A DNA stretch of 40,939 bases, from contig NC_068999.1 of the NCBI RefSeq assembly GCF_001194135.2, positions 31,661,070 to 31,702,008 on the forward strand, in the 5' to 3' direction. Below the pieces are notes generated by a model. That model saw only the letters and a program-made list of their open reading frames with translations. It was not told the DNA's origin and ran no database searches. Position numbers and translations under genes: made by a program. Shown here one piece after another: positions 36,829 through 40,939 of this stretch; the first letter of the stretch is position 1, and each line of letters begins with the position of its first letter. This DNA is from Octopus bimaculoides. Taxonomy: Eukaryota.

Positions 36829-36880
<52 letters not shown>
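36722..36880. repeat. (AAT)n/(GAT)n compound microsatellite
   Basis: Direct reading. Confidence 0.95.
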
Positions 36881-36882
<2 letters not shown>

Positions 36883-37199
36883 TGACCCAATAAGGCTAAT
36901 AATTATAAAAGTCGTCTGCAATATTGAATAATATTGATTGAATTTTACGATATGTACCAATGGCGGAAATTATATAACCGAGTGTGATACATATCAGTAA
37001 CTTATCTAGACTTACACACGCATGCACACACACACACATGCACACATGTACACATGTACACATGCACGCACAATAATCATTGGTATTATATTGCAACATA
37101 TATAAAATAATCAGTAATATTTAACAATTGAAAACATGCGTTTACACACACATACATTTATACATTCACACATATATACTCACACGAACACTGTTAGTT

Positions 37200-37933
37200 A
37201 TCTGTAGTGTTGAGTTTGGTTGTGTTCGGCTTAACGTTGATATTGCTTTTTTTATTGTTTGTACTTCTAGCTTCATTGTTTTGGTATAGATGGGTAGTAA
37301 TACATGTTGGTGTTGTTTCTGTTACTACTAATGTTATTGTTGTTGATATTAATGTTAGTCTTGATTTTTCTAATGCTGTATTGTTGTATATGCCTTTGAT
37401 GATAATATTGTAAATGTGGTATTTTCGTTGTATTTGATATTGACGTTGGTGCAGTGGTTATATTTATTGGTGTTAGTGTGGGTGTTAATGCAGTAATTGT
37501 GTTGGGTGTTGGTGTTAATGATTGTGTCGGTGGTGGTGTACTGATTGCGTTGGTGTAGGTGCAGTGCTTCTGTTGGTTTAGTTGGACTGACGCAGTTGTG
37601 TTGATGCTCGTGTTAGTGTTGGTGCAGTTGGTGTGCGATGTAATGGTTTTGTTGGTGTTCATGTTATTGTCTATGTTGATAGTGTTGCTGAAAATGGTGT
37701 TCACAAAGGCTAGTAGTGATAATGATGTTGGCGTTCGTATACTTTGTGATAGTGACAGCGAAAGTGGCGTTGTGGACAGTGAAAGTGGCGGTGAAAGTGG
37801 AATGTTGTTGGCTATGATAGTTGTGGTGGTGATGGCAATCGCCACCGTGGTGGTCATAGTGGTCGTCGTCATGTTGGAATTGCTAGCAGCAGCAGCAGTA
37901 GCATCAGCAGCAACAGCAGCAGCAGCAGCAGCG

Positions 37934-37995
<62 letters not shown>

Positions 37996-38030
37996 CGTGT
38001 TGAAAATAGTTATGTTGTTGTTACGTGGTT
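37200..38030. repeat. Cryptic trinucleotide low-complexity block (GTT/GGT/GAT) ending in (GCA)n(GTA)n
   Basis: Strong 3-nt periodicity; pure (GCA)n ~37885-37932 and (GTA)n ~37933-37993. Confidence 0.85.
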
Positions 38031-38856
38031 TTATGTTCTCTTTTCTGCTGTTGGTTTGGCTCAGTTCCATACACAGAGTTCTACTGAACTTGGAATATCA
38101 TGGGGATAGCTCTCTGTTACAAGACATTAGACATGTCTTTTCTGCAACGATAGTCTCTTGACATAGTTCTGGAACTAATGTGATTACTGTTGATTGAATT
38201 GTCGTAAAGAACTACTGTGGGTAGAATTGCAGAATATTGTAAACAGGTAGATCGATGTAGAGATTACCTCAGAAATAAATATTTTAGGTTGAATTGTAAT
38301 ATAGTAGATAGTTGCCTCATTAAAGATGTGTGATAGAGTAAAGAAGAGAAGGGTGAAGTCGGAGAATGGAGGAAAGATATTTCAGTAAAGCAGCGCTATG
38401 TTTGTAGCGGCAAAATCCAAGATATTTACACGCAATTTCTAATCTAGTTACGTATTTCTGTCAAATAAGAAATGATATTAGCAGCAAAGTCAATTCAAAA
38501 TGAGTGACTGTACATTCTAGGTTATAGGAACATTCCATTAACACACCACACATCATACGTATTAATTAATTTTATGTAAGAGCATATTTCTAATGTTGAT
38601 ATAAAATTGTTTTGCTGTTATAACCTTAAGAGGACGGACGCAATTATGAAATGGGCATGTTTTCTCAAGAGAGAAAACTAGGAATATATTCTTATATTGA
38701 ATTTAATAATTCGTATGTCGTATGATGTGTTAACGTAATTCACCTTCTACAAGAATTGCCAACCAATTCTACACAATCAGTTGATTTATTCTGAATATTG
38801 ATTCATATGTGAGACTGTTTGCGTATGTATGCATTCATATATACATACAAGTGTGC

Positions 38857-38905
<49 letters not shown>

Positions 38906-39554
38906 NNNNNNNNNNNNNNNNNNNNNNNNNNNNNNNNNNNNNNNNNNNNNNNNNNNNNNNNNNNNNNNNNNNNNNNNNNNNNNNNNNNNNNNNNNNNNNN
39001 NNNNNNNNNNNNNNNNNNNNNNNNNNNNNNNNNNNNNNNNNNNNNNNNNNNNNNNNNNNNNNNNNNNNNNNNNNNNNNNNNNNNNNNNNNNNNNNNNNNN
39101 NNNNNNNNNNNNNNNNNNNNNNNNNNNNNNNNNNNNNNNNNNNNNNNNNNNNNNNNNNNNNNNNNNNNNNNNNNNNNNNNNNNNNNNNNNNNNNNNNNNN
39201 NNNNNNNNNNNNNNNNNNNNNNNNNNNNNNNNNNNNNNNNNNNNNNNNNNNNNNNNNNNNNNNNNNNNNNNNNNNNNNNNNNNNNNNNNNNNNNNNNNNN
39301 NNNNNNNNNNNNNNNNNNNNNNNNNNNNNNNNNNNNNNNNNNNNNNNNNNNNNNNNNNNNNNNNNNNNNNNNNNNNNNNNNNNNNNNNNNNNNNNNNNNN
39401 NNNNNNNNATATATATATATATATACATACATACACGTATGCATATATGCGCGCGCGTGTGTGTGTGTGCGTTTATCTTTAATCTTTTACTCGTTTCAGT
39501 CATTAAACTGCTGCCATTTCTGCGTGAATGAATTCATCAACACACTGGTGACTC

Positions 39555-39745
39555 CGTGTCAGTGGCCGCAGTTCATGGTTTGTCCGTTTTTGCTGTTTTC
39601 TCCTTCTTTGAACTTCATCCGTCTGTGCACACTGTTTTTATCAATAGTGTCATCTCTGTAAACAACCTGTCGCCTTCGGACAGCCGCCTCCACCCCAACT
39701 TTGTCTAAAATCCAATGACACCATAATGTTTCTGTTTGGAACCTA
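39555..39745 (-). mobile_element. Mariner-family N-terminal fragment (different subfamily)
   Basis: KQKHYGVIGF*TKLG / VRRRQVVYRDDTIDKNSVHRRMKFKEGENS matches the mariner pattern QRxVIEFL..EG...HxRLxxVYG...DxSxVxRW..FKxG. Confidence 0.65.
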
Positions 39746-40367
39746 TTATTTGCTTGCAGTAAAGAACAGTTAGAAGAATTATAATAGGGAAGAGTTACTC
39801 TACAAACATATACAGTTTGAACAACCTATCAAGAAGTTAAACCTTCATTTGCGTTACTTTCGGTATAGCACTCGTGTGCGTGATTATAACATTCATGTAC
39901 GCATACATATAAATAAGCATTTCGGAAAAAGAAAGTTTGAGTTTGCTATTGAAAAGCATTCTCTACAATTAATAAAACTGCTGGCGTTTTTAGTGGTGTG
40001 AACATACTTTATACACTTTTTTAATCACAACTATTTATAAAAGTCTGTGTGTAGTTCTGACAAAGCTATAGTGTACTAGACGTTGCTTACATTGCAAGCA
40101 CAGCAATAACGGCAAAAAAGGATACACGATGAAGCAAAGCAGAATGATGGCAGTGGGCTGAGGTGTTAACATAATCGAAAGTTTGGGAGGAGATAGAGAC
40201 TACAATTTAAAGCCTGCTTGTTTCTGTATGTATGTCTAATGACATTTCTTCCGATACAACACGCACAAAATAAGTTAACGGCAAACAACAAATAACACTT
40301 AGCTTTTGGTCGCCTCTCTTGATGTGGATTAGAGTGTTTGTCTGTCTGCGCATCTATATGTGTTGAT

Positions 40368-40398
<31 letters not shown>

Positions 40399-40413
40399 CG
40401 CGCGAGTGTATAT

Positions 40414-40449
<36 letters not shown>

Positions 40450-40793
40450 CTATATACATATACATATATCAGAGACGATTCCAGGTCGTCAGCGTCAATC
40501 GGGCTCATCACAGATTTCGTATAAGACACATGCCTGCACAAAGAATTTCACGTTTTTCCGCAATATTTCTAGCCCCAAACAGCTAATTTATTTTATATCT
40601 AGCACTATGTATTCCTCCATTTCTAAGTTAACGGTAAAAATAAAACAACCCTACAAAACACAAATTATCTTTACACACAGACGCACAGAATAACAGCAAT
40701 CAAATAACGACAGCGGAGTGCAAAGCAAACATCAGCGACCTGACTGTCGCCTGTGCTCTTGACAAGAGTACAAAGTTAGTCTTTTACAACTCT

Positions 40794-40852
40794 CAGGCCC
40801 ATTCGTACTAACCCGAGTTGCTGGATAATTTTTCGTTCCTTTAAGAATATTG
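40794..40852. repeat. 59-bp dispersed repeat (inverted copy at 22288-22346)
   Basis: caggcccattcgtactaacccgagttgctggataatttttcgttcctttaagaatattg. Confidence 0.85.
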
Positions 40853-40939
40853 TAGATCTGAATTTAAATCCTAATCTCTATAGAAATTTATGACTTCAAG
40901 AAAACACTGAATTTGAATTACTTTTAACTTTTACGATTA

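Noticed and set aside
3659-39661. Long ORFs containing X runs (e.g. 3659-4823, 10390-11537, 22459-23452, 38786-39661)
   Set aside because: They span N-gaps and dinucleotide repeats and are artefacts of translating N.

Overview
AT-rich, microsatellite-dense animal genomic scaffold with 8 N-gaps (3813-4772, 10722-11253, 17154-17247, 21565-21773, 22526-23334, 23846-24266, 31395-31487, 38906-39408). The recurring SINE families look like those I recall from octopus (coleoid cephalopod); this is an inference, not a database result. No host protein-coding gene can be supported. All recognisable coding sequence is decayed transposon: a CR1/L2-group LINE 3' end (~13.2-13.66 kb), an L1/Tx1-like ORF1 joined directly to a Penelope-type GIY-YIG endonuclease plus a hammerhead-bearing 3' UTR (17.57-19.78 kb, minus), a CRE-clade element (25.6-27.5 kb, minus), an R4/Dong element between (AAT)n tracts (32.2-33.8 kb), a 5'-truncated L1/Tx1 ORF2 (33.9-36.7 kb, minus), three mariner fragments, a hAT MITE and many SINEs. 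The most notable observations are two unrelated sequences that fold into the same atypical type I hammerhead ribozyme (17603-17686 and 21942-22027, both minus), the RT-less ORF1/GIY-YIG/hammerhead module, and a 380-bp foldback palindrome (16366-16745).
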